Shown here piece after piece: positions 47,546 to 57,266 of a stretch of 64,000 bases of DNA. The notes under the pieces were generated by a model. The model was not told where the DNA came from and made no database searches. It was given only the letters and a program-made list of their open reading frames with translations. Each line of letters starts with the position of its first letter. The first letter of the stretch is position 1. The stretch spans positions 107,136,001 to 107,200,000 of the forward strand of contig CM097885.1 of the NCBI GenBank assembly GCA_044892525.1. The letters are read 5' to 3'. The position numbers were made by a program, and so were the translations under genes. The DNA is from Schmidtea polychroa (Eukaryota).

Positions 47546-50500
47546 TTAGACCAGTCGTAATTGATTTATAATTATTTCTGCAGTAATGCTTTTTAACATT
47601 AATTTATGTGATTTAAAGTCTTCTGGTGTTAGTCCTTGGATATATTCAGGATCAGTATTAAAATATTTAAGTTCTATAGGTTTTATATTTTGAACTTGAT
47701 TATATAAAGGTTTAGGAATTAATATTTCAGGATATTGGATTTCTACTTTAGCAAGTTGAAGGTCTGTAATCTCTAGGTTATAAATTTCATTTATTTTATC
47801 AAGATTTTTTATTATAGGGATTAAATCATTTCCAATAGGTAATGTTGTCTTCAAGTCAGAAAGTATAAATCTTTTATCATCATAATTTGTTATAGCAATC
47901 TTGTTACACTCTTCAAGATATATATTATGTTTCTCTGATTTAAGATGATGGGTTTTAGCAATTTTATTTTTATAATTTATATTTAATGAATCTTTATACT
48001 CTTGATGTGTGAAGATTTTTGACACTGATTTTTGAATTCCTTTACTTTTATTTTCTTTATAGCTTTTCGGGTTTTCAGGGAATGAAGGATATTCAAATGT
48101 GTGATCTATTTCAACAGATCCTTCTCCCTCCCCTATTATAAATTTTATTGTATGCTCTTTCATAATTGGGTTGTCTTTCATTTCAAGAGAATATTGTTTA
48201 GGTCTAATAAACACTCCTCCACTTATTGGAGTATTTGGTTTTTCATCTTTAAAAGTAAATAATTCTCCAGAGTTGTTTATTAATTTATTTAAGGTTTCGT
48301 TTTCACTTATTTCCTTTTTTAAATCTTTACTATGACCTTTTAAAAACATACTATCAGTGTCCATAGCATGCATGGATATTCGATCTCCAAAATGTGGTAC
48401 TAGAACATCATAGTAGGCTTCATACATTTGAAGCTTTGAAAGTTCTAAAATTGAAAACCCTATAAAGATTGGTTTATTATAAGTTTTTACAGAGTTTTTA
48501 ATCTCTATGGCTATAAGGTTACTAGAGAATATCTCGGCATTTTTAAATGTGGGCTTTCCAATTATCCGGTTGTACCTATTAAGGTCTTTGGATGTATTGG
48601 TCAAAAGCTCTACACGTGTGTACTTGTCTATATTCTCCATGGTCTTTCCAAAGACCGCATTGTTCAGGAGTTTGTAAATCATATCAAGAAATGCATTTCC
48701 AGCTCTCTTTGCTGCATTTCTTTTCAAAATATTTCCCTCTATGAATTTTTTCATAAAAGGGGCTTGTCGAAATTTAATAATGGAATGTACTTTTTTTAAA
48801 ACCATTCCATGGGAGAGATAAAACTGAAGGAGTCTATAATGACAAAGGTAATCAGTTTTATCGGTCTGATCGCATAAAAGTTTTATACAGGGCGATCTAT
48901 CCTGAGCCATCTGCCAGTCTGAAAGTTCTTCAGTCGAGATCTTTCTTCTTACTGGAGCAAATGGAAAGAATCTTGTCCTGGATTTTATTTCATTGGGATA
49001 TTCAAGATCGCATTCTATGACATATCCAAATTGAGAATCTTTTGGTGTTTTTAGAATTTCTTGTATTAATTCCTCAGTGGGCTCTTCCCAGGTGAACTTG
49101 CCAATTGGAAGGTATTGAGTCATTACTCCCGCATATAAAGCTGTTGCATCTATATACATTATTTCAGAAGGATTAGAAAGACCTTCCATTATTTCCTTAC
49201 GATCTTCTGGGTTTGTTATTTCTACATATAGAGCATCAGGATCTTTGAAAAATTTAGGATAAAGAGTTGTAAAATTATTAGCATTTATTTCTCTATTCCC
49301 TTGTACTGAAGAAATACCTCCTCTAATATTATGTTTATATACATTAAACATATCAAGCTCAACTAATAATTCAATAGTTTTATTTCTTACTGCTACATCT
49401 TCATCAGTCCATATGGTATATAATAATATATCCCAAGCTAGAGAGGGAGCGGTTATATAATTATAAGGTTTTAATTCAAAAGCTTTTGAAAATGTCTCGA
49501 AGCAATCAGCTAAGATATAAACATCCAAGGAAAGATACATGTCAGTATATTCTCCAAGGTTTCTACAGTTGAATAGATTCCACATTTTAACTGCACGGGA
49601 ATATTCCTGATCAGAAATCCCTGATTGTGTTAAAACAGAAAAGAAATCTTCTTGGGGTGGGAGTAATTCATTATATTTTTCAAAGGAGTCTATATAATCA
49701 TATGGATAGATTCCTTTTGCTAGACAGGTATTATATTCCTCTAATGGAATATTGTTTTTTAATAACACATGTTCTTTTGTATATTTAAAATCCTCAGGGT
49801 TCATAGTTTTAGCAATCCCATCCAAAGACATCCCTAAGAAATTTAACGAGTCCAAAAACTTAAAGCATCCATATTGAATGCTTTTATATTTTTCTTTTGT
49901 AAGTCCAATAACCTTGAAAGAGTTTTTAGCATTTGCGGCCAGATGCTTAATGAATAGGTGAATATCATAGCCAAAAAGATTGTGAAATATAAATGGTATG
50001 TGTGTTGGTTTTTTACAATTGAGATTACATTTTTTATGGGCTGCTCCTCTGTAATTATTTTCTCTTTTAAAATGATCATGGTCTGCAACCTTTGGCTCCT
50101 CATCCTCAAACTCTTGTTTACACATCCAGCAGTGTGTTGCATTTTTATATTCTTCCTCTTGTTCTTCTGAAAAATTCATAGGAAAGTTGGATTTTAATAT
50201 TATATATAATTCATGTTCTAGATTATTTAAAGTTTTAACAAAATGATCTAGAGTCTCTTTGTCAGAAGTTCCTCTAAATGAATATTCTCTAGATTCTACA
50301 AGTTCTGGATAATTACTTTTAAAAAACATTTTATAAGCAGAGGGTAATTGTTTTGTTAGTTTTACAGTATTAGTTTTTGTTCGTCTTAGTTTTACATTTA
50401 TAGCTTCAAAATCACAATAAACCACTCCCAATGCTTCTAATAGATTGGAATAGTTTTTAAACCTCATATTAGCATTTTTCTTGTGTGGCATTTTTATTAA

Positions 50501-51925
50501 AGCAGGTTGATTCTTACAACAGAGTCTCTCATGTTTAATAGCAGCAAGTTTTGAACTTGAATGATATAAACATCTTTTACAACATATGCCTCCACGAATG
50601 AGTGTGTTTCCTTTCATAAAACTTTGAAAATTCTTTATTAAGATATAATGAAGTTTTTTATCTAACATAGTGCCTCCGGACGCAGTGCTTTCTGCTTCTG
50701 GTTCTAATGAAATGCCTTCTTCTGCTTCTCTCCTCGGGTGAACGCTTTGAACCTCTTCACCATATTCTTCTCCATCAAAGTCTTCATCTGGTTTACCTTC
50801 TTCTAATATTAAAAGATCTACTTCTCTCTTTTCATCTGAGATTTCCATGTTAGAAATGTAAATAGGAATAATGTGTTTATAATTTTTATTTTTTCTAGTT
50901 TTTGTAATTTTGGTTGGAATGAATTGATAAATATTAATTTTAAGATTATTTAATTTTTCAAATGCTGGAACATCTTCAATTTTCATTGGGTGGGAAAAAT
51001 CTTTTGGATAAATTAATTCAGATTCATATTCTTCATATTTTTGAACTCTCTGTGGGTTAGTTGCTTGAGGATGTAAGTGTGCAAGTATTGACCATTGAAA
51101 ACATTTATTATCTTTATTCTGTACATTTATAACATGGTTGGAGGTGAATGGTGTGTGAATAAAAGATTTAGGATTTGGTGGTGCGCCTCTCCAGTATTCA
51201 ATCTCTATATTTTGAAAAGAGTGGAATCTTAAATTAGATTCTCCTAGTTCTTGTTCCACCTGTTCTTGTTTTTCTTCCAATTCTTTAGCTATATCATTAA
51301 CAAGTTTATTTCCTGCTTTTGTAGAAAATAAATATTTATATGAGGTTTCAATTTTTACATCTAGAGGCATTGCGATTGAATCATCTCCTCTCCAGTATTT
51401 TGCATTTCCTGTAAATTTAACTTTTATAACATTAAATCTTGATCTACCAAATTTTTTTATAGCATCATCCATTGATGATATTATTTTTTTTTTATTTTCT
51501 CTTATATATTGCATGATTGATCTGGGTCCTCGTTTTACTTCTGCAATTACATCGGTGTGATTGAAGTCATCCCAATTAAACTCTAGTTTTTCAGCTTTTT
51601 CAGTCATTGAGTTTGAATCAGAATCTTTTGCTTCAAGACCACAATCTTCTATGTGTCTTAAGTAAAAAGATTTTATCCTCATCGTTTTTCCACATGCTGA
51701 ACATTCGAATATTTCTCTGTTTTTAGGAACTCCAATACAATTTTTAAAATGCTTCTTATAACCTGAAAATAAATATCTATCCTTACATTTAGTACAGATT
51801 TTGGAATTAGTGTCATCTAGTGTGTTAGCTTTTATTAAATGGTCTTTTGATTTTTTATGAGATGTTAAAGCAGTTTTATTTTTAAAATTTTTTTCACAAA
51901 TTTCACAATTGAAAATAGCTTCCAT
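47546..51925 (-). CDS. polB: Protein-primed family B DNA polymerase
   Basis: Exo I YCDFE, Exo II HNLFGYD, Exo III YLSLDV, Pol A YIDATALY, Pol B KLLNNAVFGKT, Pol C DTDS. N-terminal zinc fingers, CFQWSILAH...HYILIK protease-like segment, and EndoVII-like CWMC...DHDH...HKKCN insert. Confidence 0.97.
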   Translation of the reverse strand: MEAIFNCEICEKNFKNKTALTSHKKSKDHLIKANTLDDTNSKICTKCKDRYLFSGYKKHFKNCIGVPKNREIFECSACGKTMRIKSFYLRHIEDCGLEAKDSDSNSMTEKAEKLEFNWDDFNHTDVIAEVKRGPRSIMQYIRENKKKIISSMDDAIKKFGRSRFNVIKVKFTGNAKYWRGDDSIAMPLDVKIETSYKYLFSTKAGNKLVNDIAKELEEKQEQVEQELGESNLRFHSFQNIEIEYWRGAPPNPKSFIHTPFTSNHVINVQNKDNKCFQWSILAHLHPQATNPQRVQKYEEYESELIYPKDFSHPMKIEDVPAFEKLNNLKINIYQFIPTKITKTRKNKNYKHIIPIYISNMEISDEKREVDLLILEEGKPDEDFDGEEYGEEVQSVHPRREAEEGISLEPEAESTASGGTMLDKKLHYILIKNFQSFMKGNTLIRGGICCKRCLYHSSSKLAAIKHERLCCKNQPALIKMPHKKNANMRFKNYSNLLEALGVVYCDFEAINVKLRRTKTNTVKLTKQLPSAYKMFFKSNYPELVESREYSFRGTSDKETLDHFVKTLNNLEHELYIILKSNFPMNFSEEQEEEYKNATHCWMCKQEFEDEEPKVADHDHFKRENNYRGAAHKKCNLNCKKPTHIPFIFHNLFGYDIHLFIKHLAANAKNSFKVIGLTKEKYKSIQYGCFKFLDSLNFLGMSLDGIAKTMNPEDFKYTKEHVLLKNNIPLEEYNTCLAKGIYPYDYIDSFEKYNELLPPQEDFFSVLTQSGISDQEYSRAVKMWNLFNCRNLGEYTDMYLSLDVYILADCFETFSKAFELKPYNYITAPSLAWDILLYTIWTDEDVAVRNKTIELLVELDMFNVYKHNIRGGISSVQGNREINANNFTTLYPKFFKDPDALYVEITNPEDRKEIMEGLSNPSEIMYIDATALYAGVMTQYLPIGKFTWEEPTEELIQEILKTPKDSQFGYVIECDLEYPNEIKSRTRFFPFAPVRRKISTEELSDWQMAQDRSPCIKLLCDQTDKTDYLCHYRLLQFYLSHGMVLKKVHSIIKFRQAPFMKKFIEGNILKRNAAKRAGNAFLDMIYKLLNNAVFGKTMENIDKYTRVELLTNTSKDLNRYNRIIGKPTFKNAEIFSSNLIAIEIKNSVKTYNKPIFIGFSILELSKLQMYEAYYDVLVPHFGDRISMHAMDTDSMFLKGHSKDLKKEISENETLNKLINNSGELFTFKDEKPNTPISGGVFIRPKQYSLEMKDNPIMKEHTIKFIIGEGEGSVEIDHTFEYPSFPENPKSYKENKSKGIQKSVSKIFTHQEYKDSLNINYKNKIAKTHHLKSEKHNIYLEECNKIAITNYDDKRFILSDLKTTLPIGNDLIPIIKNLDKINEIYNLEITDLQLAKVEIQYPEILIPKPLYNQVQNIKPIELKYFNTDPEYIQGLTPEDFKSHKLMLKSITAEIIINQLRLV

Positions 51926-51998
51926 TTTTAAAAGAATCTTTTGGTTGGATACGATGTTTTGGTTTTGATATTAATTTTTATTTTTTTTAAATCTAAAA

Positions 51999-52331
51999 GT
52001 GATCAGGCGACCTAGATCATTATGAATTAGGTAATCTGATATTCTTATAACATTAAATCCTTATAACATTAAATCCTTAAGACCAAGTAGTGAGGAATCT
52101 ATGCACCCCGTTACCTTTTCTCGGAATTACTAATCTATAAATACATCTATTCCGAACTTTTTTACTTTTAAGGGAAGAAATTAAGGGTTAATGGCAATAG
52201 GGGACAAAGTTTAAAAGTTAAAAAAAGTGAAGAATATGGGGTAAAAAAGCATATAAATGTGGAAAATATGGGTCAATAGCGCTGTTTTTTTTGAGGGTTG
52301 GGGTGCTGGGGTGCATAGATTCCTCACTACT
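51999..52331 (-). repeat. Right TIR of the Polinton (333 bp)
   Basis: Ends ...CACTACT followed by TSD ACCATG. Confidence 0.95.
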
Positions 52332-52950
52332 ACCATGTAATTTCTCGATACGTTTTACCAAATATTTTCATCACATTTTCAAATTCGTTTCCATCTTTCA
52401 AATTTACATCATAATAATCGGCACACAGGTCAATTACAACTTTCAATTTTCGAATCCTCAGTGCCATTTGACTCAAGTCATTTAGCGATGAGATTACTTT
52501 AGATGTTTCTGTTGATAAATTTCTGTTAAATTTGTTGATCCTCAGCATAATCATTGTTATTTTTTCTCTTTCATACTATAGTAAATTATCGCTATATAGT
52601 TTATTTTTAAAAATCTGGATTTCCCAGATGGTAATATTTTATATTTTAGTATACACAATTCCTAATTGTGAATACTAAAATATTAACAAAAATAACTGTA
52701 CATTACATAACTTCCCCTTTTAAAACCGGAGGTTAACATGAATCAATAAAAAGTACGTAAAAAAAAATTACATTCAATAACCTTTTTTTTCGTATGTTTT
52801 ATATGTTTTTGTGTTTTTTTTTTCTGTTTCTTTGTATCTACAACTTCAATAAAATTAAAAATTTACATTTTGTTTTGTATTTACAAGAAAAATAAAAACT
52901 GTACAATTAACGCTGTTTGTGCGTGTGTTTGTTTGTGTATGTTTGTGTTT

Positions 52951-55900
52951 TTATTTAAAGCATTCACTGTAACGTTTTTTGTATAGTGGAGCCAGTATTG
53001 TGTCTTTATCGAATATTTTGATTGAATTTTTGTGGTTGAATGTGATGTTTTTGTGAATTGGTTGTTTTTTTGTTTGTGTTTGGGTTTGTGTTTTGTCTTG
53101 CGGTGAGTTGTTTTGTGGGTTTTTGTTTTGGTGATAGGGTTTTATTCGTCTTATGTTTATTTTCATTTTGTTGTTGTTTTTGATTATTGTGGCGACGTTT
53201 TTGTTAATTTCTAGGAGTTTGAATGGACCCTCGTATTTGGATTCGAATCCTTTTGTGAATGGTTTTTTTATTAAGATGAAATCTGTTGTTAATACTATTT
53301 TTCCGTTTAATTCGGAGTCCGGTCTTCTTTTTAAAATTCCTTTTGGTTTCTGTTCGGTGGTTTCGCTATTTTTGTTTGTTATTTGTTTGCTGTTTTCGGT
53401 GTTTTTGTTTGTATTTGATTTAAGTGATGGCAAGTTTGTTGCTTTTCCGAAAATTTTGTATGCTGGACTTTCATTATCTGTTGAATTTGGGCTATTTCTT
53501 AGTCCGATTAATATTGTTGGAAGTTGGTTTAACCAGTTTTGGTCATTGGCTTTTGTCCTGATGCTTTCTTTTAATGTTCTGTGAAACCGTTCGATTTTCC
53601 CATTTGATTGTGGGTTGTAAGCTGTTGTTCGATTTCTTTTGATATTGTATTTATTGCACAGTATTTTGAACATTTCTGATTCGAATTGTCTGCCTTGATC
53701 AGTTATGATTGTTTTCGGTTGGCCGTAACGAGCTATCCAGTTTAGTTCGATCATTTCGCAGATATTTTTTGCTGTGATTTCTTTTATTGGGATCGCTTCG
53801 AACCAATTGGTTTTTCTGTCTATAATTGTTAGTAGATATTTGTAGTTGTCGTTTGGTGGTAGTGGTCCTACTACGTCTGTGTGTATTGTTTCAAACGCTT
53901 CAATGCTTGGGAAGTTTACTTTTTGTGTTTTAGGTTTTTTTGTTGTTTTATTTAATTGGCAGCTGTGGCAACTTTTGACGTAATTCTTGATGTCTTCCCG
54001 CATGTGAGGCCATACATATTTGTTATGTATTAACTCGAATGTTATTTTGTTTCCCGGATGATTGATAGTATGTATCTTTTTTATGCAGTCTTGTCGGAGT
54101 TCTTCGGGTAGTAGGATTCGTTTGTTGCTTTCGTTGGAGACATCGTGCCATATTCCGTCGAGTTCCTGTAGTTTCAGGCTGTGTTTAGTAGGCAGTTTGC
54201 TTAATGTATCGGTTTGTCTGGATTTGATTTGATCCAATTCAATTATTTCTCCGAATTCTAGGGCGTTTATGTCACTTTCAATTCTGGATAGAGCATCTGC
54301 TGCTATGTTTGATTTTCCTGCTACGTAGTTTATTGTGCAGTTGAATTGTGAAATGAAATTGATTTGTCTGATCTGCCTTGGTGAAGGGTTTTTCATTTCT
54401 ATTGCATTTGTTAGCGGTTTGTGGTCTGTGAATATTTTGAAGGTTCGTCCTTCGAGTAAATGTTGAAAGTGTTTGATTGCTTCGTGTATTGCTAGGAGTT
54501 CTCTGTCAAATGTTGAGTATCTTGTTTGATGTGATTTTAGTTTTTTCGAGAAAAATCCCAATGGTTGTTTGCCGAATTTATTTTCCTGGAAAATTGTTGC
54601 GCCCATTGCAAAACCAGAACAGTCTGTAGTTAGTTGATACTCTAGTTCTGGATCTGGGTAACCGAGTAGTGTTGCCGTTGATAGGCTTTCTTTGGCTTTA
54701 TTGAATGTGTCGGTTGTTTGTTGTGTCCAGTTTATTGTGACATTCCGTTTTGTTTTGATAACATCGTTTAGTGGTGCTAGTAATTTACTGCAGTTTGGGA
54801 TGTAAGAATGATAAAAGTTTACCATTCCTAGAAATCTCCTCAACTCTCTTGTGTTTGTCGGCAGTTTGTAGTTTTTTATATTGTTTATTTTGTTTTCTAT
54901 TGGTTGTGTTCCTTTGTCGTTTAGCGTGTGACCAAGGAAATTTATTTCCGTTTTCATAAATTCGCACTTTTGAGTGTTTATTTTTAGTTTTGCATTGTCC
55001 AGCGTTTTGAACACTTTTTCCACGTCCTTTAGATGTGTTTCTTTGTCTGGGCTTGTTATTAGGATGTCGTCCAGATAAGCGATTGTGTTTTTGTTGTTTT
55101 TCATTGTTTGATCCATGAATCGTTGGAAAGTTGCTGCGGCATTTCGTAGACCGAAAGGCATTCGGTTGTATTCGAACATGCCGATCGGTGTTGTTATTGC
55201 TGTCTTTTTTATGTCCTCTTTTCTAATTGGGATCTGATGATATGCTTTTTGTAGGTCAATTTTTGAAAAATATTTTGCGCCATTTAGTCGATTTATTATG
55301 TCTTTTATTATCGGTAATGGATAGCTGTCGGGCTCTGTTATTTTGTTCAGGAGTCTGTAATCGCCACAAGCTCTCCATTCCCCGTTAGCTTTTTGTTTTA
55401 GCATCAGTGCTGAAGACCATTCTGAGTTTGAATGTTTTACTATATTATTTTCCAACAGTTCGTTAAATATATTTTTTGTGATTTCTATTTTTTTTGGATC
55501 CAGTGGTCTTACTTTTGAGTGGACTAGGTTTCCGTTTGTCAGTATTGCGTGTTCAGTAGTGTGGTTTGAATTTCCATTGAAAGTTACTGGTTCGCAGAGT
55601 TTATCGTATTTTTCCAGTAGTGTGACTATTTCTGGTACGTGTTCAATAGTTTTAATTGTTTTGATAGTTGGTCTACTTGTTTGAATCACGCCGATGTCTA
55701 CTTTCGAAAAGTTTGATGTTGTGTTCCTGGCTGTTTCTTTGTCTGTTTTGTTGTTTTCGACTATTTTCTTGTTTCGACAGTCCACTATTAGGTTGTAATT
55801 TGCTAAGAAATCGGCCCCGATTATTGACTGTTGTACTTCTGCGATTGTGAATGGCCAACTGTATTTTTTTGAATTTATTGTGAGTGTTATTGTATATTGG

Positions 55901-56136
55901 CCAAATGTTTTAATTTTGGAGCCATTGGCAGCGGTTAGTGACTTTTCTGTAGTTTTTGCATTTGTGTATAAGTAGTGTGGTAATAGGGAGATCACGGAAC
56001 CTGTGTCGATTAGAAAATCTGTATTGTTTGAATGCACCGTGAAAGTATTATTGTTGTCACCAAATGTGGGTGCTATCAATGGTGACATTTTTAGTTTTCC
56101 TGCTCTGTTTTGTGGAATTCGCAGGGTTTTATGCAT
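52951..56136 (-). CDS. pol: Gypsy Pol polyprotein (PR-RT-RH-IN)
   Basis: FLIDTGS protease, YLDD RT, RNase H (TDCSG...DRELLA...TDHKPL), integrase HHCC and DDE (DVVG / TDQG / IERFHRT), GPF motif. Probably expressed by -1 frameshift from gag. Confidence 0.95.
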   Translation of the reverse strand: MHKTLRIPQNRAGKLKMSPLIAPTFGDNNNTFTVHSNNTDFLIDTGSVISLLPHYLYTNAKTTEKSLTAANGSKIKTFGQYTITLTINSKKYSWPFTIAEVQQSIIGADFLANYNLIVDCRNKKIVENNKTDKETARNTTSNFSKVDIGVIQTSRPTIKTIKTIEHVPEIVTLLEKYDKLCEPVTFNGNSNHTTEHAILTNGNLVHSKVRPLDPKKIEITKNIFNELLENNIVKHSNSEWSSALMLKQKANGEWRACGDYRLLNKITEPDSYPLPIIKDIINRLNGAKYFSKIDLQKAYHQIPIRKEDIKKTAITTPIGMFEYNRMPFGLRNAAATFQRFMDQTMKNNKNTIAYLDDILITSPDKETHLKDVEKVFKTLDNAKLKINTQKCEFMKTEINFLGHTLNDKGTQPIENKINNIKNYKLPTNTRELRRFLGMVNFYHSYIPNCSKLLAPLNDVIKTKRNVTINWTQQTTDTFNKAKESLSTATLLGYPDPELEYQLTTDCSGFAMGATIFQENKFGKQPLGFFSKKLKSHQTRYSTFDRELLAIHEAIKHFQHLLEGRTFKIFTDHKPLTNAIEMKNPSPRQIRQINFISQFNCTINYVAGKSNIAADALSRIESDINALEFGEIIELDQIKSRQTDTLSKLPTKHSLKLQELDGIWHDVSNESNKRILLPEELRQDCIKKIHTINHPGNKITFELIHNKYVWPHMREDIKNYVKSCHSCQLNKTTKKPKTQKVNFPSIEAFETIHTDVVGPLPPNDNYKYLLTIIDRKTNWFEAIPIKEITAKNICEMIELNWIARYGQPKTIITDQGRQFESEMFKILCNKYNIKRNRTTAYNPQSNGKIERFHRTLKESIRTKANDQNWLNQLPTILIGLRNSPNSTDNESPAYKIFGKATNLPSLKSNTNKNTENSKQITNKNSETTEQKPKGILKRRPDSELNGKIVLTTDFILIKKPFTKGFESKYEGPFKLLEINKNVATIIKNNNKMKINIRRIKPYHQNKNPQNNSPQDKTQTQTQTKKQPIHKNITFNHKNSIKIFDKDTILAPLYKKRYSECFK

Positions 56137-57266
56137 TTATATGCTTTGTCGCCAAATTTGTTATGAAAGTAGCAGTGGTTTTTGTTTAGGAAATCTTTTC
56201 TTGAATTCCTTTCTGGGCTGCTATTTCGGTAATTGTTGTATCGATTTGGTGAGTTTGAGCGGTTTCTGTAGTGACCGTTTGGGGATTGTCTGTGGCTGTA
56301 GTTCTGTCTATTGTTTTCGTTGGGTGGTCGGTCGTAGTTTTGTCTGTTATGATTGTATGATAGTTGGTCTGTGTTAAAATTGTTTCTGTTGAATAGGTCT
56401 CTGTTTTCGTTTGGATTGAAATTTTGCCTGTTGTATTTCTCTTTTATTTCGGCTAGTTCCGCTTTTATTTGTCTGTTTTCGACAATTATTTCGTCGAATT
56501 TGCTGATCAAAGTGTTTATTAATCGGTTTGTTGTTTCATTTGGTTCTGTGTTTTTGTTGGTTGGTTGGGTGTTGTGATTAGTTTTGTTTCTGTTGTAGTT
56601 TTGTGTGCTGCATATAGTAGGATAAATTTCTTCATTGATTTTATCTGCTATGTCTGCTAGCGTTTCTACGTCCGAATTGCTACTGGCTGCGAGGATACGT
56701 CTTATTTCGGGCGGCATTGCTCGCATGAAAAATTCTTTTACTAATTCGTTTGATCCCGAATTAGTGATGTTTGGTTGGAGGTACTCCAATTTTTGTTTTA
56801 GTTGGCGAAGGAAATCTGTTGGTTTATTGTCGCCAAGTTGTGTGTTGTTGAGACATGATTCCAGCATTTGCCTCCTGTTGATTTTGTTTTTGTTTGTTAG
56901 GACGTTGCAAAGCTTGTTGAACGGGTCTTCGCTCTTTGAAATTTCCTCAATTTGGTCAGCTATTTCGTTCAATTTGCTACTTGGGAGTGCAGCGATAATG
57001 TTTGAACATAGCGTTTTCGTTGACTTTATTCCCGATAAGGTTAGGGTTAATTTAGCAAATTCAAGCCATTTTTGGGGTGTCCCATTTTCGTCACTAAAGT
57101 AGTTTGGGATGTTTGTTCTTGGGTTAATTACTGAGTTTATGGTGTGTGTATTATCTGTGCTAGTGTTTGGGTTATAGTAGTAATTCGTATTTTCCATCAT
57201 GTGTGTGTTTTCAGTATTATTGGGGGGTTGTGAAATGTTTGTTGGATTTGTTTGGTTTGATGCCAT
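56091..57266 (-). CDS. gag: Gypsy Gag
   Basis: 391 aa with capsid-like region and C-terminal CYFHNKFGDKAYKCIKPC knuckle; overlaps the pol frame and ends G GAA AAC TAA. Confidence 0.9.
   Translation of the reverse strand: MASNQTNPTNISQPPNNTENTHMMENTNYYYNPNTSTDNTHTINSVINPRTNIPNYFSDENGTPQKWLEFAKLTLTLSGIKSTKTLCSNIIAALPSSKLNEIADQIEEISKSEDPFNKLCNVLTNKNKINRRQMLESCLNNTQLGDNKPTDFLRQLKQKLEYLQPNITNSGSNELVKEFFMRAMPPEIRRILAASSNSDVETLADIADKINEEIYPTICSTQNYNRNKTNHNTQPTNKNTEPNETTNRLINTLISKFDEIIVENRQIKAELAEIKEKYNRQNFNPNENRDLFNRNNFNTDQLSYNHNRQNYDRPPNENNRQNYSHRQSPNGHYRNRSNSPNRYNNYRNSSPERNSRKDFLNKNHCYFHNKFGDKAYKCIKPCEFHKTEQEN

Larger units (their letters stand above)
37333..52331. mobile_element. Polinton/Maverick (adintovirus-like endogenous virus), apparently complete, 14,999 bp
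   Basis: 333-bp TIRs beginning AGTAGT, 6-bp TSD ACCATG (37327-37332 and 52332-52337), and the hallmark gene set pPolB, integrase, packaging ATPase, cysteine protease and two capsid proteins. Confidence 0.97.
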
